Part shown: piece after piece, positions 46,511 through 55,754 of the stretch
Position numbering within the stretch: the stretch's first letter is position 1
Layout of the letters: each line of letters begins with the position of its first letter
From: Promethearchaeati archaeon SRVP18_Atabeyarchaeia-1
GTDB lineage: Archaea > Asgardarchaeota > Atabeyarchaeia > Atabeyarchaeales > Atabeyarchaeaceae
Assembly (NCBI GenBank): GCA_037308085.1
Contig: CP147779.1
Coordinates: 1,664,001 to 1,728,000 of the forward strand
Reading direction: 5' to 3'
Length of the DNA: 64,000 bases
Notes under the pieces: model-generated
What the model was told of the DNA's origin: nothing
Database searches by the model: none
What the model saw: the letters and a program-made list of their open reading frames with translations, nothing else
Program-made: the position numbers and the translations under genes

Positions 46511-47008
46511 TCACTGGGCATTCGCCCGTTGCTGCAGTCTCTTCTTCACTTCATCGTAGAGATAAGAAGCATTATCTCCCACTTCGGGTTGATTGAGTTC
46601 CTTCATCACGCCTTCAGCATATGGGGTGATTTTATCGATCAACATAATGAAGGTCTCGCCATAATAATCGCACAAAAGGTCCAAGCTCAGGAGCCCTCTT
46701 CTCACCAGAGTGCCCAATGCATCAAAGTAGTTGCCGACAGTCAAGATCGCCATTTGCTCTGGCTTCTCAGCAAATGGCCGCCCATACTTTTTGACGAACT
46801 CATCATAGTCCTTGAACTCCAAGTTCAAGACTCTCACAAATGCCTGCTGCAGCTCACCTGCGGTAATACTCAGCCATGGCGCCAGTCTAACCAGAAGGTC
46901 TGTCTGTCTCTGCCTATTCTGCATTCTGAGGATCATAGCATAGTAGAAAACCCCTGCTACCACACTTGCCGAAGCAATTACCACGGAAATCGTCGATACA
47001 TCATCCAT
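46511..47008 (-). CDS. Hypothetical protein with N-terminal TM helix (DUF4760-like)
   Basis: TM helix, RQTDLL, FKDYDEFVKKYG, YFDALGTLVRRGLL. Confidence 0.65.
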   Translation of the reverse strand: MDDVSTISVVIASASVVAGVFYYAMILRMQNRQRQTDLLVRLAPWLSITAGELQQAFVRVLNLEFKDYDEFVKKYGRPFAEKPEQMAILTVGNYFDALGTLVRRGLLSLDLLCDYYGETFIMLIDKITPYAEGVMKELNQPEVGDNASYLYDEVKKRLQQRANAQ

Positions 47009-47377
47009 TATTCACACCTACTCAGGCCAAGTGTATGAAGAGATACTTAGCGAATTGAGAGATAGAAAGATCTTTGGTATTATATTCAGAATACATCTCT
47101 TAAATAGTATGACTTACCGAGCCAAGCCGAAAAAAGAATAGCTCCTGTAGAATTCAGCCCTGTCAGGGTCATGGCTTCCGAGAAAAGAGGGGTTGAGAGC
47201 ATATCTGGCTTCTTACATCTGGAAGCCTGTCTTGCCAGCACCCCACTTCGTGAGGGCAGTCTTAAGCTCCTTATGCTCCCAGCCATTGGGACTCTCTTCC
47301 TTCGAGGGCTTGGTCTCCAATCCCCCCTCTTCCCCGTGGAGAGGTTTCTTCTTTTCCAGTCATCCCAAGCGCCCTCC

Positions 47378-47478
47378 ACCTACGTCAGTAGTCGCGTTTG
47401 GCAAGGTGAAGTGTTTGAAAGGTCGTACGATATAACCTCGAGCTGCAATCCCAAGAGCTTCAGCAGTGGGTAACTGAC
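47378..47478 (+). repeat. 101-bp dispersed repeat, copy B
   Basis: Collinear with 43490-43590; identical last 23 nt AGCTTCAGCAGTGGGTAACTGAC. Confidence 0.75.
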
Positions 47479-47638
47479 TTTCGTTTTCAGACTGGGAACG
47501 CAATCAGTGTCATCGCTTCTTCGGAGAACTATATGCCGAGGAACTAGCGTGGGAGGCGGATGAGGAGATTTTCCAGCTGGTGCGCAATTGGCTGCCTATA
47601 TGTCGATGTTGGTTGCTTGGAGCACGTCATTCCTTCTT

Positions 47639-48952
47639 TCAGTCAGTTCTCTGTGTGCTGGGTTCGCTGCTCGGTTGGGACGCGTTTTCCTCTGGGTCCG
47701 AAGCGTTAGCGCTCCGGGTCTCTGGTCTAGGCGCTTGCCCAGTCTCTCCCTCTACCACCTTCCCGCCTTTGCTTCTATGTCGCATCCTTACACTCTTTCC
47801 CGATAGAGACATGTAGAGTGCGAGGTTCCCGAGGAGCACCATGAGCAGCGCGAAGATGCCTACTACCACAACGTCTGGTAGAACGTTTACTAGACTTGTT
47901 CCTTTGATCATCACTCCTCTAAGGCCGTCGACAGCGTAGGTCATGGGGTTGACCAGCACCACTGCCCTCAGCCAGTCTGGCAGCGATTGAATGGGGTAGA
48001 ATGCACCTGAAAGGAAGAACACTGGAAAGTTGATCAATCCGTTGACGAACTGGAATGCTGTGATTTCGATCTTGACGCTTAGCGCTATGGATATGCCGAC
48101 GAACCCAAGGGCGAGCAGGATGACTAGCACGTAGATGTAGAGTAGAGAAAGTGGATTCAGCGCCATGCGTATTCCGATTAGAACAGCTATAATGAGGACG
48201 AATGTTGCCTGCGCCACAACCTTTGTAACTCCAGCCAACGTGAATCCAAGAACGACCTCACTCCTCTTAGCCGGGGTCGAAAGCAACATGTCAAAGTAAC
48301 CAACTTCCCTATCAAGTATTATTGGCATGCCTGCAGCAAACAGTGACGTGAACAAGACTGTCATCGCCAGAATGCCTGGCGCGAGGAAATCTATGAAACT
48401 GTATCCCGAGGAATACTGGTCAACCGTGTTGATGTATGAGCCGGTGCGCAGCGTGGTGTGGGTAATGTTGAAGAACCAATTCTTGACCCTCTGATCATTC
48501 AGCGTCTCGTTTAGTGCTTGCGCAGCAATTGCGCTAAGCGCCTGTGCAACCATCAGATTGGTGTTATCGACTGTCACGTTAATTTTGCTGCTTCCGATGG
48601 GAAACGGCGTCACCAAGCCCCTGCTGAAGTTCACAGGGATGAGTATGAACCCGGCAAGCTGCCCATTGTCCACCATCATCATAGCATCCTGCACCGAGAT
48701 GTTGGCGGAGACAACTGTCAAAGCAGTCGAGTTTTGAAGCACTTGAGCGTAAACTTCACCGGGGACAGCGCCTAATGGATAAGAATCTTGGTTCAAAACC
48801 GCGACTGGGACATGGCTGAAAGATCCAGAATAGGCATTGCCCACCACTATTAGGAAGAGCACAGGAAGAAGCAGGGAGCTAACTAGCTGAACCCTATTTC
48901 TTTTCCACTTCCTCATCTCACGCAGCCAAATTGCTCGTGTTCCTCTAAGCAT
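47639..48952 (-). CDS. ABC-2 type exporter permease
   Basis: DFLAPGILAM, DREVG, FFLSGAFYPI, NPMTYAVDGLR. Confidence 0.92.
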   Translation of the reverse strand: MLRGTRAIWLREMRKWKRNRVQLVSSLLLPVLFLIVVGNAYSGSFSHVPVAVLNQDSYPLGAVPGEVYAQVLQNSTALTVVSANISVQDAMMMVDNGQLAGFILIPVNFSRGLVTPFPIGSSKINVTVDNTNLMVAQALSAIAAQALNETLNDQRVKNWFFNITHTTLRTGSYINTVDQYSSGYSFIDFLAPGILAMTVLFTSLFAAGMPIILDREVGYFDMLLSTPAKRSEVVLGFTLAGVTKVVAQATFVLIIAVLIGIRMALNPLSLLYIYVLVILLALGFVGISIALSVKIEITAFQFVNGLINFPVFFLSGAFYPIQSLPDWLRAVVLVNPMTYAVDGLRGVMIKGTSLVNVLPDVVVVGIFALLMVLLGNLALYMSLSGKSVRMRHRSKGGKVVEGETGQAPRPETRSANASDPEENASQPSSEPSTQRTD

Positions 48953-48956
48953 GTCC

Positions 48957-50009
48957 CTAGACCCTCTGCCTCATCTTTCCAATTACTTTGGCCGTAAGTC
49001 TCCTCGTGTCGGCCGAGTCTTCTCCCACTTCGCCTTCCTCCCTAATTCCCCTTCCGGTATACTTGATGAAGACGTCATCGAGAGAAGGAGTCCTCACTGA
49101 TATGGCGTCTACCCCAATTCCCGATGACTCAATCTTGTGCAGTATTATCGGCAGTGCTCTCTTCCCATCTGCGACTGCGACTCTGAAACTCCGGTCGACG
49201 ATAGACAGTTCATTCCCAAGTTCTAGGCCCAGAAGCTTGGACCTGACCTGCTCATCTAGCCCGACTCCACTCCCTTCGGCCTTGATGATCACCTCAACAA
49301 GATCCTTCCCATAATCACTCTTCAGGTCTGCTGGCTTACCCATAGCCATTATGTGGCCCTTATCGATTATTGCGACCCGGTCCATCTGCTGCTCTGCTTC
49401 TTCGAGGTAGTGGGTAGTGGCAAGGATCGTCAGGTTCCACTCTCTCTGAAGCCTATGAACGAACTCCCATACAATGCGTCTGGTCTGCGGATCGAGTCCC
49501 AGAGTTGGCTCATCCAAGAAGAGAACCTCAGGAGTAGGAAGCAGCCCTCGAGCTATCTCCAGGCGCCTCTTCATGCCGCCGCTAAAATGTGCGACGAGGT
49601 CATCCTTCCTCTTATCCAACTCGACAAGCTCCAAGACGTCACGTATTCGTTGTTTGATATCCCGTTTCTGAAGCGAATAAAGCTCTGCAAAGAGCTGAAG
49701 GTTCTCGGTTGCAGTCAACCTTATGTCCAGCGCGGACTCCTGCGGAACGTACCCGATTTTTCTCCTAACCTCATCTTGCTGAGAGACGACATCCAAGCCT
49801 GCGACAGTGGCTTTCCCACTTGTGGGCTTGAGGAGAGTTATCAGCATTTTTATTGTGGTCGTCTTCCCAGCGCCGTTGGGGCCAAGAAGGCCAAAAACCT
49901 CACCCTTGTCAATGGATAAATTGATCCCGCTTACGGCAGTAAGCCCGTCGAACTCCTTAACGAGGTCGATAGTCTGCACCGCATTTACCATGTCCTCCAA
50001 CTCCTCCAC
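48957..50009 (-). CDS. ABC exporter ATP-binding protein (DrrA-like)
   Basis: GPNGAGKTT, FSGGMKRR, LDEPTLGLDP, PSLDDVF. Confidence 0.93.
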   Translation of the reverse strand: MEELEDMVNAVQTIDLVKEFDGLTAVSGINLSIDKGEVFGLLGPNGAGKTTTIKMLITLLKPTSGKATVAGLDVVSQQDEVRRKIGYVPQESALDIRLTATENLQLFAELYSLQKRDIKQRIRDVLELVELDKRKDDLVAHFSGGMKRRLEIARGLLPTPEVLFLDEPTLGLDPQTRRIVWEFVHRLQREWNLTILATTHYLEEAEQQMDRVAIIDKGHIMAMGKPADLKSDYGKDLVEVIIKAEGSGVGLDEQVRSKLLGLELGNELSIVDRSFRVAVADGKRALPIILHKIESSGIGVDAISVRTPSLDDVFIKYTGRGIREEGEVGEDSADTRRLTAKVIGKMRQRV

Positions 50010-50331
50010 CGCTGGGTGATGGGTGTTTGTGAATCATTACGTAACCGAGAAAGCGAAAGGCTCGTCAACTGCCCCGCAGTGGACTGTTCTTGAGACTTCT
50101 GTTCCTCTCTGATTGAGCAAATCTAGTATTTACGCTTTTCACTTTCGACATTATACAATGGAGAGGTGCCAATGACCCAGTCTCTGGAGGGAATCTGTAA
50201 AAAGCAGAAGTTCACTTCTGAACTACAACATGAGGCTTAAGAAGTGGCTAGAACTGCCATACGTATTTAAATAACAGAAAAAGGAAGAAGGAAAGTGGAA
50301 AAACCCCGGGCTTAGATCACAGTGCTTGCTA

Positions 50332-50763
50332 CTAATCAACTGAGATCTTCTTCCCAGGGTTTTTCTTCTCGGCTGTTACCTTCAGGATCCCATTCTCCAG
50401 TTTTGCCTTCGCTGTGTCTGGGTCAACTTCGGTTGGCAGCGGGAATCTCCTTGTTCCGTGGAGACCAAAACCCATATGGACTGACCATGGTCTGAAGCCC
50501 ATTTCCTCTCTAGCGCCAGTAGGTTCCTCCTCGGGTGCTGCTTTCTCCTTAAGAGTTATGACTACTGTGTCTGGGCCTACATTGAGTTCGATGTCTTCTT
50601 TCGTAACGCCCGGCAATGGCACGGAGATTGTCAAGTTCTTCACGTCTTCATCTATGTCAACGCCCATCAATAAGTGCCCAAGTGGTCCGATTCCGGGGAA
50701 ACCCATAGGCAGATCAGGCATTCTGAAGCCGCGGGGACCTCTACACATGTCTTCACCTCTCAA
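50332..50763 (-). CDS. Hsp20/alpha-crystallin small heat-shock protein
   Basis: LPGVTKEDIEL, LPTEVDP...AKLENGILKV. Confidence 0.92.
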   Translation of the reverse strand: MRGEDMCRGPRGFRMPDLPMGFPGIGPLGHLLMGVDIDEDVKNLTISVPLPGVTKEDIELNVGPDTVVITLKEKAAPEEEPTGAREEMGFRPWSVHMGFGLHGTRRFPLPTEVDPDTAKAKLENGILKVTAEKKNPGKKISVD

Positions 50764-50857
50764 TTCGTTTCACCTCCTTCTGCTTTCTTTGATTTTGACT
50801 ACATTGCTTGCGCCGCGCAACATCGAGGTAAGCATCAAGCCTATGATCTTCGGCTAA

Positions 50858-51478
50858 CTACTCAACCTCCACTTTTCTGAACTTCTTCTCCTTCTCTCTC
50901 ATCTCACTCAGCTTCTTCTCGATCCTGTCAAGCTCGACCTTCAACTGTTCTCTATAGAACTCGAGTTCACGTATGCTCTCGTCAATCGGAAGCATTTGCA
51001 TGGCGAATCTCAGCGCGTGGGACGCACCATCAAGCGCCTTCTCCACCGCGCCCTGAATCCTCTTGAAAGCGAGGTCATCGAAGCTCTGCCAGACTGACTG
51101 ATCTACGACTCCCATGAATCGGCTGATGAACTTCTCTTCGTGGTCCATCTTTTCAATGATGTTCTTGAGGGCCTCCGCGCCCTTTTCCGTCAAGATGTAG
51201 ACTTTCTTAGGAGGATAATCGGCTTCCCCCTTGTTCTCAGGTCCCGTTCCTTTGGGTTCCTTCAATCTGATGAGGTCCCTCTCCTCAAGCCTCGTGAGTG
51301 CGGGGTATACAGTCCCAGCCTTGGGAGACCATAGCCCAGAGAACTTCTCTGCAAGTCTCTGCATAATATCATACCCGTGCGTTGGCTCTTCCTTGAGCAG
51401 AATTAATATCAGGAACTCGACTGGACTGATCCTTTCGCTCCATACACCCCTGCCGAATCCTCTACCCGACCAGAACAT
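50858..51478 (-). CDS. PadR family transcriptional regulator
   Basis: HGYDIM, PKAGTVYPALTRLE, KVYILTEKG. Confidence 0.92.
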   Translation of the reverse strand: MFWSGRGFGRGVWSERISPVEFLILILLKEEPTHGYDIMQRLAEKFSGLWSPKAGTVYPALTRLEERDLIRLKEPKGTGPENKGEADYPPKKVYILTEKGAEALKNIIEKMDHEEKFISRFMGVVDQSVWQSFDDLAFKRIQGAVEKALDGASHALRFAMQMLPIDESIRELEFYREQLKVELDRIEKKLSEMREKEKKFRKVEVE

Positions 51479-51520
51479 TTCAATCGACTCTCTTCGTTAA
51501 ATCTTGATCTTGAACATAGC

Positions 51521-51548
51521 TAGAGTAGAATAATACTATTCAGCTCTA
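51521..51548. promoter_or_regulatory. Imperfect palindrome, candidate PadR operator
   Basis: TAGAG-TA-GAATA-ATAC-TATTC-AG-CTCTA between a TATA-like tract (about 51568-51578) and the padR start. Confidence 0.4.
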
Positions 51549-51700
51549 CATGGAGCACTATGCATCTCTATATATAAACGTGTCGATATTTCATTCTTCC
51601 CCTCAAAACGGGTGATTTTACCTCACTTGAACTTTGAATGTAGGAAAAGCAGGGTTAGCTTCGTCTGAGATAGAGTGTCACAGTTCGTTGCAGACTGGCA

Positions 51701-52585
51701 TCATTTCCTTTTCTCGATGTAGTTGAATACTCCTGGTGCAATGAACGCTGCCCCGAAAGTCACTATGGCATACCGGACGAACTTCATGAACACGTTTGCA
51801 CTTGGCAGAATCGGCGAAAGACCAACATACAACACCCCGACTACCACCCCACCAGTCAGAAGCCTCATAATCCGCTTCTTGTTGTCCAACTTCTCTGTCT
51901 TGAAATCTATGTACTTTGACTCAAACGCTAGGCCTACGGAGAAGCCGAACAAGGCTCCACAGACTGTCGCCGGGTCATCTCTGGTTGTGTCTGGGAAGAT
52001 CACGAGGGAAGACGCAAAGAGAACTAGTGCGATCACTGGTACGATAACTTGTCTGGTCGTGGTAGAATGTCTTCCAAGGAACGAGGCAATTTGGGGATAC
52101 GCCAAGTACGCGATGAGAGTGTATACGAGACCAATGAGGGTTCCACCGATCACATCTCCAGGGTAGTGGACTCCGAGGTAGATCCTTGAGAAGCTCACCA
52201 TGAATATCATGAATGGAGAAATGATGAGCAGCGCTTTCAGCTTTGTTTTGAGGAGCGCCCATGTCCAGAATGTCGTTGCGCTTTGTGCATGCCCACTTGG
52301 GAAACCGTGCGAGATGTCACCTTTACCGATGATTCTGTAGGCGTCTGGCGGTCGATCCCTGTTTAGAAGCATCTTGAAAAAGTAGTTGATATAGAAGCCG
52401 AACAGCATGACATATGCTACAGCAATTCCGCCTTTCTTGTGGAAGCACCAGTATATCGCTGCGATGAGCACTATGTAGAAGATGTCTTCCCCAAGCAAGG
52501 TGAAGAAGATGAACAGCCAGGCTATGGTGGTTCCAAGCGCTGACTGGACAGCGGATATCAACTCGGTGTCAAACAGCCAACTCAA
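51701..52585 (-). CDS. PAP2 family membrane phosphatase
   Basis: K-x6-RP, FPSGHA, SRIYLGVHYPGD. Confidence 0.92.
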   Translation of the reverse strand: MSWLFDTELISAVQSALGTTIAWLFIFFTLLGEDIFYIVLIAAIYWCFHKKGGIAVAYVMLFGFYINYFFKMLLNRDRPPDAYRIIGKGDISHGFPSGHAQSATTFWTWALLKTKLKALLIISPFMIFMVSFSRIYLGVHYPGDVIGGTLIGLVYTLIAYLAYPQIASFLGRHSTTTRQVIVPVIALVLFASSLVIFPDTTRDDPATVCGALFGFSVGLAFESKYIDFKTEKLDNKKRIMRLLTGGVVVGVLYVGLSPILPSANVFMKFVRYAIVTFGAAFIAPGVFNYIEKRK

Positions 52586-52687
52586 ACTGCAGCACCACGA
52601 ATCGATCTTGTGACAAGATCATGATGTTTGTCGCATTTATACCTTGACCTAAGAGACTCAAGATTCATTGCATTCGACGTGACGTCT

Positions 52688-53791
52688 CTAGTGAACTCGC
52701 ATGTTCTGAACCTTCATCCAAGCACCTTTTCCAGTCTTCTCGGGAACATCTTCCTTCACTCTGACCAGACTGATTGCTTTGTTTGGGCACGCGCTTGCGC
52801 ACACGCCGCATCCTATGCACAGCTCCTTGTTGAACACGAGTCTCTCGTCGGATCTGTCACTCTTGTGTGGGAAGTGGAAGGTTAGTGCCTTGAAGGGGCA
52901 AGCTCTCACGCAGGTCCTGCACTTTTTGCAGGACTCACTGTTAATCTCTGGCTGGTAGTTTGACCTTGCGAATGCCCGAGGGTTCCTTAGCTCTGACAAC
53001 CCCCGCAAAATCCCGCAGCAGCACGTGCAACAGTTGCAGATGAAGGTAACGTCCCCCTGACTGTTGTTAGTTGTGTGGACAAGTCCATTCTTTTCCGTTA
53101 ATGCGAGTATTCTACCGGCTTCGCCCTTGTCTATGTGTCTCCCAATTCCTGATTCAACAGTCCAATCCGCGAACTTGTCAAATGTCAGACATACCTCAAT
53201 CGGTCGATCACATTTCTTCACGTGGGTTCTGCAGGCACAGTTCATGACGGCCAGGGAACTTGCCTTGTTTATGTACTCGCTCACGCGCTCATAGGGCAAA
53301 ACTTCAATCTGCGGTGAGAAACTCTTCTCTATTGGGATGACTCGCGCCCAAGGATAATCTGACGCTCCAATTTCGTGCCCCCATCCGTCGGAGTATAGAT
53401 GTTCAAACCACTTGCCGGCCTCGGCTTTATCGCTCTCAGGTACTCTTGGGTCAGCAAAGTAGGCTTCAAAGACACCCGGAACCATAGGCAGCAGAGCGTA
53501 GTACTCCGTACCAGTTGTCCTGCTCCTACTCTTGTAGATCATACCCCGCCTAAGCAGACTCTCGAAGACTTCCTTAACTTTCCTCTCGGGGATTCCCGTG
53601 GCTTTCGAGAAGTCGCTTGCAGTTCTTGAATCCATGTAGGGAATATTGAAATTTGAGAGGATCTTCGCTTCATCTTCAGTGAATAACCTTCTCAGGAACT
53701 TCATTAGGTCCTCGCTCCTAGGAGAACCGATAGGGAAGTTATCCATCTTCTGCCGAAGCAACTCGTAGGAATCACTCTTTGTTTTGCTCAC
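52688..53791 (-). CDS. 4Fe-4S dicluster-domain protein
   Basis: CACR, CNCCTCCCG, two CxxCxxCxxxCP ferredoxin motifs. Confidence 0.88.
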   Translation of the reverse strand: MSKTKSDSYELLRQKMDNFPIGSPRSEDLMKFLRRLFTEDEAKILSNFNIPYMDSRTASDFSKATGIPERKVKEVFESLLRRGMIYKSRSRTTGTEYYALLPMVPGVFEAYFADPRVPESDKAEAGKWFEHLYSDGWGHEIGASDYPWARVIPIEKSFSPQIEVLPYERVSEYINKASSLAVMNCACRTHVKKCDRPIEVCLTFDKFADWTVESGIGRHIDKGEAGRILALTEKNGLVHTTNNSQGDVTFICNCCTCCCGILRGLSELRNPRAFARSNYQPEINSESCKKCRTCVRACPFKALTFHFPHKSDRSDERLVFNKELCIGCGVCASACPNKAISLVRVKEDVPEKTGKGAWMKVQNMRVH

Positions 53792-54068
53792 GAGTTATTC
53801 TCACCTCAAAATCCTTCAAAAGGATGCTTAACGCCAATCATAAGATCGTTAAGAGTTGCTCCTCGTCTGGTATTAAACTTTAGCCTAGTGCAGATTCTCA
53901 AGATAGACGAGAGAGCGTCGTGTCCGGTGCGAGAAACCCCGAGCAGGAAACAGTTCTGAAGGCTGAGCAGATAGGAAGAACCATGTACCTCAGGATCTCA
54001 TATGTGAAAGAAAACTCGAACTGGCCAAAATTCGTGGGTGATGACTTGACGCTCAACATTCGCTACAT

Positions 54069-54506
54069 TCAACGAGTAGTGCCGATGCTGGTTTCTTGGT
54101 ATTCGAGGATCGCGGAGATTCGGTTTATCATCTTGCTTCTTCCAGGCGTGTCAATACCTGACAAGAGCTCGCCTAAGCTCAGTGGGTCCTCGCTTATCAC
54201 GCGATCCATTTCTGCAAGAAGTGTCGGCATAGTCTTGCGGTAGTTATCCCAAGATTCGACGTCGGCAACAATGAGGAAACCTCTGTGGAAGCAAAGGGTC
54301 AGGGAATAACCTTCAAGCTCAACCCGTCCCTCATTCTCATTCCCAAGACTAACCGCCCGAACAAAATCCATTATGGGCTTCGGGGGTTGTCCCGCGGATA
54401 ATTCCATCCGCATCTTCTCGAACCAGCCCGAACGGATTGACGTGCTGCCAGCCCAATGAAAAATGCACCTATTGCTCGAGTCAAGCAAAGAGAATGCCCT
54501 GATCAT
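54069..54506 (-). CDS. Longin-like hypothetical protein
   Basis: MIRAFSLLDSSNRCIFHW start resembles a longin/sigma-adaptin beta-hairpin; likely ATG 54506. Confidence 0.45.
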   Translation of the reverse strand: MIRAFSLLDSSNRCIFHWAGSTSIRSGWFEKMRMELSAGQPPKPIMDFVRAVSLGNENEGRVELEGYSLTLCFHRGFLIVADVESWDNYRKTMPTLLAEMDRVISEDPLSLGELLSGIDTPGRSKMINRISAILEYQETSIGTTR

Positions 54507-54617
54507 CCTTGACACCCCTCTCTCCAATTAGACGAGTCCGACATGCCGACTTCTCTCTACTGAACTAACGTTGACGAACCCCGGAGGGGTCCCAACCGTC
54601 TACCTCCCAGACAACGG

Positions 54618-55160
54618 CTATGAAGCTGGCACGGCCATTTCCCGGCCACTAAGCGTAAAGCTGACGACCTTCGAGGCGATTTCTCCCAGCCCCATAGGCG
54701 CCAGTGAGCCCATTAGATCCTCCCCAGTGTTCTCTCCGACTACAAGCATGACTGGAATAGAGAACACCTTGCATATTTCTCGGAGTAGTTCCTTCGTCGC
54801 CTGGATTGTCTCCCGATCGGTCAGCTCGAGGAGCACAATGGCTGCTGCGGCCCCCTGCAGAAAGGAGAACTCGAAGCCAAGGTTCTTTCCTCCAGTCTTC
54901 TTCAGAAACCAGAACACCACGCGCCCATCTTTCAGATCCACAACCCTGGTTCCAAGAACCTGCCCAGCACTCTTGCAGAGATCACCGACCTCATCTCCCG
55001 GGTATGCGCTACCAACCTCAAAGTTCTTGAATCGCGATCCAGTTCTCCCCTTCACCTGTATCACAACCACTTTGCGCAATTCTCTTAGCGAAGGCTTGTC
55101 AGACTTCAGGGGAAAATGACTATCCAACACTCTATCAGAGACCGTTATCATCACCTTCAC
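54618..55160 (-). CDS. Degenerate Ras/Rab-like fold protein (pseudo-GTPase)
   Basis: FLQGAAAAIVLLELTDRETIQ...LLREI...IPVMLVVG matches the Rab beta4-alpha3-beta5 pattern; no GxxxxGK or NKxD. Confidence 0.55.
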   Translation of the reverse strand: MKVMITVSDRVLDSHFPLKSDKPSLRELRKVVVIQVKGRTGSRFKNFEVGSAYPGDEVGDLCKSAGQVLGTRVVDLKDGRVVFWFLKKTGGKNLGFEFSFLQGAAAAIVLLELTDRETIQATKELLREICKVFSIPVMLVVGENTGEDLMGSLAPMGLGEIASKVVSFTLSGREMAVPAS

Positions 55161-55466
55161 CTGCCAATGTTTCTCGGCACAGCTACCTCTAACTAACTAT
55201 ATGCCCGAACGCTTTAAATACAGCCAAAATTGAAGGCAGAAGTAGGCATGGTAGAACGCAGGATCAGCGAAATAGCCACAATAGGTCTCAACTCTGGAAA
55301 TAAGGAAGAAATTGGGCATGTTAGCCTGTGAAGAGCGCCAGACGCCGCCATTTCAGGCAAGTAGGTGAACCATTTTAAAGCGCTGGTCTCGAAATCGTTT
55401 AAATTGGTTCAGACACGCGAGGCGATCTGTCTGGAAAAGTCTTAAGAAGGTGAACAAGCAGAGAAG

Positions 55467-55628
55467 ATGCTAGGGAAAACCGGAGGGCAAAGAGGATTGA
55501 ACGCAGGAGAGTTCTTCGTAGAATACAATAGGTTATTGATCTTGGCAGCCGCCCTTACGATAATGCTAATGGCAGCATTGCTCGGTGCACCAGCAGCTGC
55601 AACACCCTTCACTGGTTCGCCAGCCTAG
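55467..55628 (+). CDS. Unannotated microprotein (53 aa, or 43 aa from TTG 55497): hydrophobic helix plus short tail
   Basis: MLGKTGGQRGLNAGEFFVEYNRLLILAAALTIMLMAALLGAPAAATPFTGSPA*; TATA-like tracts upstream and a terminator downstream. Confidence 0.55.
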   Translation: MLGKTGGQRGLNAGEFFVEYNRLLILAAALTIMLMAALLGAPAAATPFTGSPA

Positions 55629-55687
55629 CAGATTCTCAGATAAACCAAACAAAGCTACCTAAGCAGAATCGTAGACGGCCGTCTATT

Positions 55688-55730
55688 GAGGTTAGGCGCG
55701 CGCTAACCTCCTCCCCTTTTTTTCTTTTGC
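55688..55730 (+). terminator. Hairpin plus oligo-T terminator
   Basis: GAGGTTAG-GCGCGCG-CTAACCTC followed by CCCCTTTTTTTCTTTT. Confidence 0.6.
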
Positions 55731-55754
55731 TGGAATTCTCTAAGCTCTTCTTCT

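Noticed and set aside
45650-47380. About 25-nt similarity GTCATCCCAAGC(GC)CCTCCA near 45662 and 47359
   Set aside because: Too short to define an element; noted only as possible residue of an old duplication.
53920-55119. Plus-strand ORFs of 107 and 182 aa
   Set aside because: Antisense to the better-supported longin-like and GTPase-like minus-strand ORFs.
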